64,000 nt of DNA, taken from contig OX597829.1 of NCBI GenBank assembly GCA_951406725.2, positions 34,224,001 through 34,288,000 on the forward strand, read 5' to 3'. This DNA comes from Octopus vulgaris (taxonomy: Eukaryota). Of this stretch, positions 36,721 through 52,408 are shown piece by piece (the stretch's first letter is position 1; every line of letters begins with the position of its first letter). Below the pieces are notes generated by a model that had not been told where the DNA came from, ran no database searches, and saw only the letters and a list, made by a program, of their open reading frames with translations. A program made the position numbers and the translations under genes.

Positions 36721-37419
36721 AACCTTTGCATGTACTCTGCATAATTTTTTTTTTTAACATTTTGAGAAGTTTGCCACATGCAAGGAAACTTTGGAAAGCA
36801 TCTGCAGTGGCTTTGCAAGAGTTTTCTTGTTTGTCTTCAGAACCCATTGCAATATCATCTGTGGCTGATATTGCATCCTTTTCTAAGTTAGTCGGCTGGA
36901 AGACTCATTAACATGCTGGGAAAAATCTTAGTGACATTTCATCTATGTTTTTGTATTGAGATCAAATTTCGCTAAGGTTAACTTTGGGGTCAATAAAATA
37001 AGTATCTGTTGAGCACTGGGGTCAATGTTATCACCTTAATCCTCCCCTGAAATTACTGGCCTGGTGTCAAAATTTGAAACTGATATTACATTCTCTTTTT
37101 TTATGTCAGTGTAATTGATGATTGTATCTTTCCCATGTAGATATGTAGTGTGAAGACTTGCTTATTAGCATATCTCCCAGTGGGGATGTGAAAACACTTT
37201 CAAATTGCTTATTTAGTATTTTGCTTATCCTCACAGGGCTTGCAGTCAGGAAACCATTTTCTTCAAACTGAGGCCCTATCATGTATCATACCAAAGCAGA
37301 TTATTTTGCAAATTTATAAAAGGCCTTAGGGTTCATTTTTATATTTTTAACAGTCCTGCTTTCTATTTTATCCCTTTTTTAATGGAATTTTTTCCAGGAG
37401 GGACTTAGGCTTGAGAAGA

Positions 37420-37699
37420 CATCAAGCTAAGTGAATCATGGTTGTCCTTTCATACAGATATGTCACCTGCATTCCACTCCAGCTGAGCATTCCTAATTTT
37501 GCAGGCTTGTGGGTGCAGGTGCCATGTGAAGAGCACCTGTACTGGTGCTGTGTAAAAGCACTCAATACACTCTGTAAAGTGGTTGGTATTAGGAAGGGCC
37601 TCCAGCTGTAGAAACCATGCCAAAACAAACATGGTTTGTTCCTATCAAGCCATCCAACCGATGTCAGCATGGAAAACATGTTAAATGATGATGATGATG
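37420..37699 (+). mobile_element. RTE 3' end
   Basis: Similar to 410-726; (GAT)n tail at 37686-37699. Confidence 0.8.
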
Positions 37700-38355
37700 G
37701 ACTTCTCACTGTCATTAAGTTTATTTAAATGATTTGAGACCTTTTTCTGTGTCTGAGAGGATTCTCCTGTCTCATGGGATAATATTTTCATGTATATTGG
37801 TTCTTCTCTCTGTGACAATTTTAATATATATGGCATATATTATTAACATAAATTCTTTGAATGTCATATCACAATCTTGTACAGAGAGACCTTAAGGCCA
37901 ATTTTGTTTGAGGATCTGATTTCCAATTGACTTCTAGTTAGCCTTATAGAAATTCAAACTGGATAGGGTTTGGATGTTTCCTTTGTTGTATACATCTTTA
38001 AGTAGTATTGGGTCATACATTGTCACTTCTAGAATGTTGTGGTCTGAGAAAATCATTGGTGACACCTTTACATTTTGGATGAGTTCTATGTATAAGTTGA
38101 AATAGAGGCCGAAGATGTTCCTGACTAGGAGTAGTATTGTTTGTTTCATGAGATCAATTAAGAATTCTGCTTGATTCTGTTCTTTGTATGTTATTCCTGA
38201 AATTATATTGCTCTCAGGTCATTTGGTGTTGAGGGAGTTGAAATTGTCCATCAGAGGTACATTGTATTGATCTAGTTTTGTTAGGACTTATTTTATTATT
38301 TTAAGCTTTTCTTCAAATTTATTAACATGTTTTGTGGCATAAGGTGGATGATATA

Positions 38356-38996
38356 GGAGGTGGTATCGAAAAATTCCTGGAGTAGTTATGTTTGATAAAA
38401 AATTACTTATTTACCCAAGTTTTAACATCATTGCCTTTGAAATAGTTGCCTTGTGCTGCAGTACACTGGTCCCAGTATTCCTGCCACTTTTGGAATCTGG
38501 CCTGGAAGTCATTTTCCGTAAGTGAGTTGAAGACCTTCGGTGATTCATTCTTGATCTTGACAATGGTGACCTTTATATGTAATAAAGGCAGCAGTGAACA
38601 AGTGAAGGGGTAGCAGGTGCTAAATCTGACAAATATGGTGAGTTTGGAAGTGATACCATGTTGTTTTTGGTGAAAAACTCACAAGTGCATTTGAAGTGCC
38701 CATGCCACTTAAAACATTATGTATGACCCATTGCCTCATCACCGTAAGCTTGCTGAAGCATGCTCACTGTCTCTGTAGCAGTATTCCCAAGTTTAACATA
38801 AAATTTCATGTTGGTTCTTTGTTCCAACTTATTGTCCATGAAAAAATCGCTGACTACAGTATACATGTGATCGTAAATTTCACAACTTGTGAAATAAACA
38901 ATGAACGTCACTGCTAGCTTTAACTCTGAATGCAACTGTGCTACCATCTGTTGGAGCACTACAGAACTAGTCCAGGAACTTTTTGATTCCACTGCG
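38356..38996 (-). mobile_element. Internally deleted mariner
   Basis: ~30-bp TIRs (GGAGGTGGTATCGAAAAATTCCTGGAGTAG / CTAGTCCAGGAACTTTTTGATTCCACTGCG), TA TSD, HTH remnant EQRTNMKFYVKLGNTATETVSMLQQAYGDEAM. Confidence 0.85.
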
Positions 38997-39852
38997 TATG
39001 TATATATATATATATATATATCAGAAGAGAAAAAACAGGATTTAAAATGTCAGGCAGATATGTACTTAGTTTTAAATGAATTTGGTTAACTATATGCAAC
39101 AATCTGATACCAATAAATGCAATGGTATTACAAGTAGATTCAAATACCATTCAGAAGAGTTTCGAGAATTTACTGAGAAAATCACTTCTTTAATTGTAGA
39201 ATTCACTTCACAAAGCTGACAATTGTTTCCGAAAATATGTTAACATGTTTTCAAGGTGATCCAAAATTAGTTAAATTCAAAGTGAACTAAGAAAATATTT
39301 TCAGTACACAGACACATACAAAAAGAAACACCAAGATGAAATATAATCTAAGAAAATTAATTTTTGTGTTCAACTCTTGGAGACATCAGTGGATAATAAA
39401 AGAATAAAATAAGAACAAGAATTGTACATTATGACAATTAGAAACATAAAAATTTTATGTCATGACAATTAGTTATCTATTTATGAAATTTAGTTTGCTT
39501 TTTTAGAAAAAATTGTGCTAATTATATAACACGGAAAGCAGTTTGTGTCAACATTTCTTTGTAAAATCCCCATTAAAATTTAATAAAATGAATTTAGAAG
39601 TAATTATAAGATACATTTCTTCAAGGCAAAGATCACAAGTAGAATTGCCAATATTGTATGATGGTGCGTAACTAATAACAACCACTTTAAATCATACTTA
39701 ATGTTTTTATTTTTTAAATCACAAATGCTTTTACTTAGATTTGCAGAATTCACTTTCCGTCTATACTTAAATGAATTAGAATGATAAAGAAATCTAGGAG
39801 GTAGTCAATTTTGCTTTTACAATTACACAGGCACTTATTCATTTGCATTTAG

Positions 39853-39903
39853 TACTCATTGTTAAAAGAATTCCTACTAGACCTTTCAGAATTAGGTGTT
39901 AAG
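39853..39903 (+). CDS. Candidate 51-nt internal exon (YSLLKEFLLDLSELGVK)
   Basis: TTCATTTGCATTTAG| acceptor, AAG|GTATAA donor, phase 0/0, open frame in unique DNA. Confidence 0.3.
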
Positions 39904-39919
39904 GTATAATAATAATTAT

Positions 39920-40572
39920 TTGGCTTCCGTGCTGGTGGCATGTAAAAAGCACTAGTCAATCGTGGCTGTTGCCAGCCTCCCCTGGCACCTGTGCCAGTGG
40001 CACATAAAAAGCACCGTTGCCAGCCTACCCTGGCACATAAAAACCACCATCCGTATGTGACCAATGCCAGCACTGCCTAGATTGGCTTCCATGCCGGTGG
40101 CACGTAAAAAGCACCAACCGATTGTGGGCATTGCTAGCCTCCCCTGGCACTTGTGCCGGTGGAATGTAAAAAGCACCCACTACACACACAGAGTGGTTGG
40201 CATTAGGAAGGGCATCCAGCAGTAGAAACATTGCCAGATCAGACTGGAGCCTGGTGCAGCCTCCTGGCTTCCCAGACCCCGGTCAAACCGTCCAACCCAT
40301 GCTAGCATGGAAAACGGATGTTAAACGATAATGATGATGATGATGATGTGGTAGATACTGGTGTCATGCAACTGGCATCCAGTCCAGTGGAATGTAAGTG
40401 CAACCATTACACTCCCAGAGTTGGTGGCCTTAGGAAGGGCATCAAGCTGTAGAAAATATGCCAAATCAGACTGGAATTTGGTGCAGCTCCTCAGCTTACC
40501 ATCCCTGGTCAAACCAACCAAGCCATGCCAGCATGGATAATAGACATTAAATGATGATGAGGATGATGATAA
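39920..40572 (+). mobile_element. Two tandem RTE 3' ends
   Basis: UTR repeat array and (GAT)n at 40327-40348; second, older 3' end to 40572. Confidence 0.85.
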
Positions 40573-40737
40573 TGATAATTGTAATTATTGTGTGTGTATG
40601 TGTATATGTATATATATATATGTGTGTGTGTATATATATGTGTGTATATATGTGTATATATATATATGTTTATATATGTATATATATTTTTGTATATATA
40701 ATGATAGATATCACTTATATGAACTAAAGGTGTGTTT

Positions 40738-41100
40738 CTACAAATGTTTACATTGGTATGCATGCTCTATAACCGTGTTTACAAGGAGGTTTTTAGAAAA
40801 ATGAATAAAAAATAATTCAGAATTACAGAGAAGACAGAATTCCGTGCCTTTATCATAAGTTATCGAAATTGAGAGAATCAACCAATCTAAATTAAATTGT
40901 TTATTGTGGTCTTTTAGATACCAAATCAATTTAGTAAGCCCTGTACTGTTATGTTTATTCCTATCCTTAAATGTAGAGTAATGATTAGAAATTCTTTTAG
41001 ATAACTGAGAAGATGAACCTCCTATATAAAAAAATACTTCATTACCATAAGTAATTTTATACTGGTATATAGAACTTTTAGTTTTAGAGTTACTTGACAT
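40738..41100 (-). pseudogene. Penelope-like GIY-YIG endonuclease C-terminus
   Basis: IYQYKIT..FYIGGS..LSKRISNHYSTF..TGLTKLIWYLK..W.IL..Y..CLLC..E..LLVN. Confidence 0.8.
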
Positions 41101-41652
41101 GTATATAAATACACATACACTCATACTCATGTATCTGACTCATATATTGTTCGCTTTCCAGACATTTGTACATTACTGCATATACTTTATACGCACTTTT
41201 TGACAAGCTGTAGTGCACCTGAGCACTGTATACAATAATTTCATTATTATTTTATAAATAAGCACAATTAAACAATAGGTCCAAGCAAATAGACCATTCA
41301 TCATATACATATATATACATATATACTGGAACATATACATACGTCCATGCTCATGACTTCATAGACAATATTTTATTATTATTATTATGATCAATAATAA
41401 CAATATTATTAGATTTAATCTTCACAATACATATTATAGTAGATTCCAATATTACGATACAATATAAACAATTCATTACCGTAGATTTAATTTTATAAAT
41501 TTTAAAAGCACAATCAATACAAACAGATATATATATATATATAAAACATACAGTTAGACCAAGGTTGTTACAATATTGTTCTTCTTCATACACATAAGTC
41601 AATGTGTATGGGCAACAAATAGAAGCCACATGTACATATATATATACATATG

Positions 41653-41733
<81 letters not shown>

Positions 41734-41749
41734 GTGTATATCTCCACTC

Positions 41750-44558
<2,809 letters not shown>

Positions 44559-44867
44559 TCACCGTGATCACCGTGACCGACCAGGCTATCAGATGTTGTT
44601 ACATATCGCTGGTCACAATGTGCTTTGCATTGTTTTAGCCTTCATATGATGCCACCCCGCTGGCTAAGCGAGCAGGCCAACAGTAGAAAGAGTGAGAGAA
44701 AGTTGTGGCGAAAGAGTACAGCAGGGATCGCCACCACCACCCTGCCGGAGCCTTGTGTAGCTTTAGGTCTTTTAGCTCAATAAACACTCACAACGCCCGG
44801 TCTGAGAATCAAAACCGCGATCCTACGACTGCGAGTCCGCTGCCCTAACCACTGGGCCATTGCGCCT
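44559..44867 (-). mobile_element. tRNA-derived SINE (family B)
   Basis: Head AGGCGCAATGGCCCAGTGGTTAGGGCAGCGGACT..GCGGTTTTGATTCTC; tail (CACGGTGAT)2. Confidence 0.8.
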
Positions 44868-44872
44868 TCACC

Positions 44873-44931
<59 letters not shown>

Positions 44932-45284
44932 ATATATATGTGTGTATATATATGTGTATATATATATGTGTATATATATGTGTATATATATATGTGTATA
45001 TATATATGTGTATATATATATGTGTATATATATATGTGTATATATATGTGTGTATATATATGTGTGTATATATATGTGTATATATATATGTGTATATATA
45101 TGTGTATATATATATATGTGTATATATATATGTGTATATATATGTGTATATATATGTGTATATATATATGTATATATATATGTGTATATATATATGTATA
45201 TATATATATGTATATATATATGTGTATATATATATGTATATATATATGTATATATATATATATATGCATATATATATATGTATA
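44873..45284. repeat. (AT)n/(ATATGTGT)n microsatellite
   Basis: Direct sequence. Confidence 0.95.
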
Positions 45285-46580
45285 TTAGCAGTATCGCCCG
45301 GCGTTGCTCGGGTTTGTAAGGGAAATAACTATATAAGCATTTTTAGAGAGTTATAGCCAAAAAATAGGGAAAAAATGCATTAAAAATGGAAAAAAAATTA
45401 AGGTAAATGTCTTTTTAAATCGTTGACACATCGTAGATATTTTTAGAGAGTTACTTCCCTTATATAATAGCGAAAAAAAATGCATTAAAATGGAAAAATA
45501 TGATGGTAAATTTTTTTAAATCGTAGACTCATCGTAGACGCGCGCTAATACCCAGAAGGGCTCGATATGACTCACGACTATAAGATACCCGGTTTGGTTT
45601 TTCTTAACCCTTTCGTTACTATATTTCTGACCAAAATACACCCCTTATGTGTTTCAATTAATTTCTAACGTAATCATAAATTTAGTCTGGTTTCATTAAA
45701 CAACTATAACTTTTTTATTTATCAATATATTTATGTGATTTTTGGAAGATAATTTAATGAAATGTCCTCAACCAATTCTATACTATAATCTTTGTCACAA
45801 AGTGACTCTAATTGCATGTAGATACAGGTAAATTCAACAATATATAAAATTATTAAAATTTTGTTCAAACATCGCTATAGAAAATGGGTTATTAGCTAAT
45901 ATTCAATTGGGTATACAACAAAATTTTACGATATTTGTTATTCTGGGTAACTTTCTGATACCCATAATAATATTTATGGCAAAATAGGCCTTAATTTCAT
46001 TTAAGGTTGTGGGAAATAACAAACTATCCTTTCTTTCGTTTTGTTTACGTTTAGCATAACAGTTCGTTTCTGCCGTAATGATTTCAAATAGGCTCATTCG
46101 AAAAAGTAAATAGAAATAGTTTAAGGCTTTACTCTTCTGGGAAAGTCTGTGGCTTGGTCCAGTTTCTTCAGAAAAATTACCGAAAGAAACAGTTTTTAAA
46201 TTTTCACTCCATTCAGGTACCAATTCGTTTTCTTTATCGCTGTCGGATTCACTGTTTTCACTTTAATAGCTGCAAACTTGCAAAGACAAAGGAGGAGAAG
46301 GGTGATAGCGTCAGTGAAACAGTTCGTTCCCTTTGTGTGTGTGTGTGTTTGCGTGTGGTGTAAACCACATTAAGAAGAGCATTTGACATACACACCAGAA
46401 TGTGAGTTTTCTGTAAATTTTGCTTAATTGGAGTTTAAATTTTAAAAACTGGACCTGGCATGACCCGATGCATTCTACTCTTAAAAATGCTAGGTAAATT
46501 GTAATTGAAGAAATCCTATATTGTAGATTTCTATAACTTACAAAGGGAGGCAGATAAAATCTGCCTTTTATAATAAGAGA
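45285..46580 (-). mobile_element. Non-autonomous Helitron containing a piggyBac fragment
   Basis: 5' TCTCTTATTATAAAAGGCAG; 3' hairpin plus CTAA|T (CTAG variant); 5' ~240 bp nearly identical to 62593-62835. Confidence 0.8.
45604..46250 (-). pseudogene. piggyBac transposase (DDE_Tnp_1_7) fragment with one TTAA-CCC end
   Basis: F.E.TGP...ALNYFYLLF..SLFEIITAETNCYA...TTLNEIKAYFAINIIMGI.KLP; TTAACCC at 45604. Confidence 0.75.
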
Positions 46581-46713
46581 TTTATATATATATATATGCA
46601 TATATATATGTATATATATATATATATATATATGCATATATATATATATGCATATATATATGTATATATATATATATATGCATATATATATGTATATATA
46701 TATATGCATATAT

Positions 46714-47062
46714 ATCATCATCATCATCATCGTTTAACGTCCGTTTTCCATGCTAGCATGGGTTGGACGATTTTGACTGTGGGCTGGCGAACCAGATGGC
46801 TGCACCAGGCTCCAGTCTTGATTTGGCAGAGTTTCTACCCGTTATTCCCAAAGGGACTAGAACTGATGCAGTAAGTGCGTGTCTTAAGTCATCCACATTG
46901 TGGCCGTTGGTGAAGACTCTCAAACTTCACACCAATATGCATGCTCATATGTGATGTAATATCACATCAGCAGCATTTTCTCACACCCTCCTTGCACTTG
47001 GCGAAGGCAAAATACCAGGGGATGAAAATGGTAATATTGCCATCGATTCCATTTGTACCATT
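46714..47062 (-). mobile_element. Chimeric insertion: RTE 3' end plus 225-bp copy of Helitron helicase DNA
   Basis: (CAT)n tail at 46714; RTE to 46838; 46838-47062 equals 49163-49387 with 3 substitutions. Confidence 0.85.
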
Positions 47063-47088
47063 TATGCATATACATATATATATGCATA

Positions 47089-47132
<44 letters not shown>

Positions 47133-47387
47133 TATATATATGTATATATATATATATATATGCATATATATATGTATATGCATATATATATATATATGCA
47201 TATATATATGTATATGCATATATATATGTATATATATATATATATATGCATATATATATGTATATGCATATATATATATATGCATATATATATGTATATG
47301 CATATATATATGTATATATATATATATATATATGCATATATATATGTATATGCATATATATATATATATATATATATGTATATGCAT

Positions 47388-47418
<31 letters not shown>

Positions 47419-47452
47419 TATATATGTATATATATATGTATATGTATATATA

Positions 47453-49859
47453 TCTCTTATGATAAAAGGCAGATTTTCTCTGCCTCCCAAACCGTTCGTT
47501 TTTTATACAATTCTACAATATAGAATTTCTTCAATTGGAATTTACCTATCATTTTAACAAGTAGATTCCATCTGGTCGTGGCATGTAAAGTTTTTTCAAT
47601 TTCACCCCCAATTAAACAAAAATTCGAGAAAACTCAATATTTTATGATTTCCCTCTTTCATTTCAAGTGCTTCACTCCTACCATTACCACTACACTTTCT
47701 CCTCCTTTCTCTTTGCAAGTGTGCAACAATTAAAGTGAAAGTATTTATAGAAAAGGGATGAACAATTAATACTGGTCATCCTTTTTGCTAGAAGAAGATC
47801 TGCTGTGGTCTTATATGCTACACCACTGGTTTTCAATTCATATTAATCAAATTAATATTCAATTTTTCACCCTTATTATGTGTGTGTGTATTAGCAATTC
47901 GTATAAAATTGCATCAATGACTTGAACTTGAATAAGTGGTTTCACATAAATGGGGATACATTAAAAAGGTTTGTTATTATTATTACTGTTTGACTATTGT
48001 AATCACGTTTGTTGGTTTCTCGTCAGGGAATCGTTGCTGTGTTGCATTTGTTAAATAATTGTAAATCATAACTCTCCCTCTTTCGGAGAAGGGGCTTTGG
48101 TTATTGTTTTAAAATTGAATTGTGTCCCTGTTTGGGGAAATTGACAATATTTTCACTGTCTATACGGAAGCATTTTTGTTAAAATGCCTTTGATAGAAGA
48201 AAGTCCAAAAATGAATTTCGCTGCAGCCATACACTTCTATACAAGAGGGAGGACAGATCCAATTGATCGAAATTGCAAGAGACGGGCCTACAATTCCAGT
48301 CTGTTATATATTTTGAGTATTGTTATCACTAGCGATATCAAGATATAACTTTCTATTTTGTATTTTATGTGTAGATGTATATATATAGATGTACATGTAA
48401 TATGTACACATATATATATATACACATATATACATGCATAATATATCTACCTATACACACACACGTACACACACACACACGTACACACACACACACACAC
48501 ACACATACATAGGGGCAGGTGTGGCTGTGTGGTAACAAACTACGTTTGAAGATACTGTACTTGATATGGGCAGTAGTGCCTTGCCGGTCTATGGCCTACC
48601 TTCAACAAACCGGGAAGGCACAAACACTCTGTCTTCACATTTGCTGCGTGAGACATGTTTTAATGTTGATGAGCTTGCCGAGTACATAGCCGACAATGAG
48701 CCAAAGCTCCTTCCAGAACAGAAGTTCGCTTACAACTCCATTGTTAATTCAGTCCGGGCCAAAGCTGTGGGGATATTTTTCCTGGACGCTCCTGGGGGCA
48801 CTGGGAAAACTTTTCTCAACAAATTAATATTGGCTGAGATTAGGCGAACACAAGGCATTGCCCTAGCTGTGGCATCATCTGGAATTGTGGCTACTTTGTT
48901 GCCAGGCGGCAGGACAGCTCACTCCACTTTCAAGCTTCCGCTTGACTTAGCGAAGACTGAGACACCAACTTGCAACATCAGTAACAGCTCCGATCAGGCA
49001 GAAGTCTTCAGACGATGCAAGCTTATCGTTTGGGATGAATGCACGATGGCCCACAGAGGTGCTCTTGAGGCACTAGATAGATCTCTCAGAGACATCAAAC
49101 ACTCTTCAGCTCCCATGGGAGGCATAACACTTCTTCTTTCAGGGGACTTCCGACAAACACTTCCCGTTATTCCCAAAGGGACTAGAACTGATGCAGTAAG
49201 TGCGTGTCTTAAGTCATCCACATTGTGGCCGTTGGTGAAGACTCTCAAACTTCACACCAATATGCGTGCTCATATGTGACGTAATATCACATCAGCAGCA
49301 TTTTCTCACACCCTCCTTGCACTTGGCGAAGGCAAAATACCAGGGGATGAAAATGGTAATATTGCCATCAATTCCATTTGTACCATTATTAAAACGCCTT
49401 CTGATCTCAGAGATGCAGTGTTCCCAGATCTACAAGCTAATTATCAGAATATGGATTGGATTGGCCAAAGGGCTATTCTGGCCCCGAGGAATAAAACTGT
49501 TCACCATATTAATGATGAAATGCTAAAACTCATTCCTGGGGGATGTCTATGTATATAAGTCTATCGATACAACTCCTGACCCAGAGGACGTCATCAACTA
49601 TCCAATAGAGGTACTCAATTCCTTTGAGCCCCTGGACTACCACCACACATTCTCAAACTTAAAGTTGGTGCCCCTATAATGCTCATTAGAAATTTGGTTC
49701 CCCCAAAACAATGCAATGGCACACGTTTGATCGTTAAGTCCTTATCTCCCACCGTAAACTTATATCAATATATGCCTGAATAATCATCATAATTCAGTGC
49801 AATCATTAACAGTACTTTCAAGCAATTCAGCCCCGAGCATCGCCGGGCAATTCTGCTAG
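47453..49859 (+). mobile_element. Internally deleted Helitron with Pif1 helicase remnant
   Basis: 5' TCTCTTATGATAAAAGGCAG; 3' CCCGAGCATCGCCGGG hairpin plus CTAG|T; A|T target. Confidence 0.9.
48566..49755 (+). pseudogene. Helitron RepHel Pif1-family (SF1B) helicase fragment
   Basis: FFLDAPGGTGKTF (Walker A), AVASSGI.ATLLPGGRTAHSTFKLP, IVWDECTM, GDFRQTLPV, NMR; broken continuation [34 protein letters not shown]. Confidence 0.92.
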
Positions 49860-50015
49860 TATATGTATAAATGTGTATATATGTGTGTATATGTATATAT
49901 GTGTGTATATGTATATATGTGTATATATATATCTGTGAATATGTATATATATGTATGTGTATATATGTATATATAAATAAGTGTATAAATGTATATATAT
50001 GTATATAAATACTAA

Positions 50016-51850
50016 ATGAGCAGTGAAATACTAAATGAGCAATTCAAGAGTATTTTCACTCCACCCTTAGGGCATTTTCAAGTCTGCAATCCAACTGACT
50101 TCTTTACCACTGCAGATATAAAATCAGAGGCAACGATGATTGATTACATCAATATAAAGGAAGGCGATGTGATAACGGCTATAGATGAAATGAAAACAAA
50201 CTCAGCTACTGGCCCCGATGGATTCCCAGCAATCCTTCTAAAAGTATGTAAGAGAGTCCTAGCAAGACCACTGCAGTTCCTCTTTCAGATCTTCCTTGCA
50301 ACTGGCAAACTTCCAAGAAAACTGAAGGAAGGTAAAATATGCCCTATTCATAAAGGAGGTAGCAGAGCGGAGGCCAAGAACTACAGACCTATCTCTCTGA
50401 CCTCACACATCAGCAAGGTCATGGAGCGAATTGTCAGAAGGAAACTAATCACCTTCCTTGAAGAAAATGATTTGCTGCCTGACACCCAACATGGTTTCCG
50501 ACCAGGAAGAAGCTGCCTAACTCAGCTCCTACAACACTATGACTGGGTGCTGAAACGACTGCTCAACCACTCAAATGTGGAAGTGATATATCTCGACTTT
50601 GCAAAGGCCTTTGATAAAGTTGATCATGGAATGATATGTCACAAACTGCGTGATCTTGGCATAGTTGGAAAATTGGGAGAATGGCTTCATGACTTTCTGA
50701 AGGATAGAAGCCAGGTGGTAGTAGCCAATGGGGCCACTTCCATTAACACACAAATAGTGAGTGGTGTTCCGCAAGACACTGATTTGGGACCACTACTGTT
50801 CATAATGGCCCTCTCAGACATGCCCTCAACCATGCAGAGAGCCACGATCACAAGTTATGCAGATGATACAAAAGTTTCACAGGTAATACAGAACCCTGAA
50901 GACACTATGCACCTGCAATTTTGCTGGACAAAATATACAAGTGGGCTGAAAGGAATAGCATGCAGTTCAATGCTGAAAAGTTTCAAGCTTTATGCTATCA
51001 GCATGCAAAACTAAATGCAATACCCAATAAATACACTGGACCTGGAGGGATTACGATCCCAGAGGCACAATCAGTTCGAGACCTGAGTATTTACATGAGT
51101 GATGATGCAACCTTTCATGTGCATGTTGCTAAATTGGCAATGAAATGTAGGCGGCGACCGGATGGATTCTTAGAACCTTTAGAACAAGAGACCAGGAAAC
51201 CATGATGGTCCTCTGGAGGACACTTGTCCTGAGCCACTTTGACTATTGCTCTCAGCTATGGTCACCATCCAGTGTCAAGATAATCACAGAACTTGAGGCG
51301 ATCCAACGAAGCTACACGAAGAAGATAGCCTCTGTGCAGCATATAAGCTATTGGGAAAGACTCAAGAGATCAAGACTCTATTCCTTAGAGCGTAGGCGTG
51401 AAAGATATGCCATAATATACATCTGGAAGATCCTAGAAGGACTTGTCCCAAACTTTGGCATCGAGAGTTACACAAATGCTAGAACTGGGCCCCACTGCAT
51501 AGTGCCAAGGACTCCAAATTTTCCATCAAGATGTAGGACAAGATACTGTGATAACCTGGGCTTCAAAGGCCCACAGCTCTTCAATATTCTCCCGAAGGAC
51601 CTGAGAGACCTGCATGGGGTAGATGCAGATATCTTTAAAATAAAACTGGATCTCTTCCTATCAGGTGTCCCAGATGAACCAACTTCACGGCAGGAGGTGC
51701 AGATGAGGGCAGCTGCATTGAACTCTTTCATGAACCAAATGGCAATTGATAAAAAGCATTTGTGAAGTAAATTCATGTAGCAACACCAAATGGCGGTGCC
51801 CCAGCATGGCCACAGCTCGTGAGCTGAAACTAGATAAAATAAAAATAAAA
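50016..51850 (+). mobile_element. 5'-truncated CR1-group LINE (RT; frameshifted ORF pieces 50016-51014, 50921-51205, 51202-51765)
   Basis: GPDGFP, NYRPISLTSH, QHGFRPGRSC, LDFAKAFDKV, GVPQ..LGPLLF, YADD, LERRRERY; 3' tail GGCGGTGCCCCAGCATGGCCACAG..CTGAAAC+(ATAAA)n. Confidence 0.92.
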
Positions 51851-52150
51851 TGTATATGTGTACAAATATATATGTATTTATATATATGTATATATATATT
51901 TATGTATGTGTATATATGTATCTATATATATATATATATGTATGTGTATATATGTATGTGTATATATGTATATGCATATATATGTATATGTATGTGTATA
52001 TATCTATGTATATGTATGTGCATATATATGTATGTGTATATATGTATGTATATGTATGTGCATATATATGTATATGCGTATATATATGTGTGTGTATATG
52101 TGTGTATGTATATATGAATATAGATATATATGTATGTATGTATATATATG

Positions 52151-52193
<43 letters not shown>

Positions 52194-52359
52194 GTATATG
52201 CACATATTTATGTATATATATATGTATATGCATCTATGAATATATATATATATATGTATACATATATATGTGTGTATATGCATATATGTATATGCATCTA
52301 TGAATATATATATATGTATACATATATTTATGTGTATATGCATGTCTGTATATATCTAT

Positions 52360-52391
<32 letters not shown>

Positions 52392-52408
52392 GTATGTATA
52401 TATATGTA
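51851..52408. repeat. Compound AT/GT microsatellite
   Basis: Direct sequence. Confidence 0.95.

Larger units (their letters stand above)
35110..38350 (-). pseudogene. Decayed CR1-group LINE (EN+RT) with nested RTE/SINE insertions
   Basis: SDHNILEV (37934-38149); LQEDLKAIYKWAEENNIQSNAEKF (35350-35772); YSLERERE (35172-35363); homologous to 50016-51765. Confidence 0.75.

Noticed and set aside
39075-39220. Short ORF MNLVNYMQQSDTNK..
   Set aside because: Under 50 codons with no convincing splice sites or homology.
44795-44867. tRNA gene-like sequences (also 19115-19189, 55810-55881, 56290-56357)
   Set aside because: SINE heads running into SINE bodies and tails, without a proper acceptor stem or terminator.
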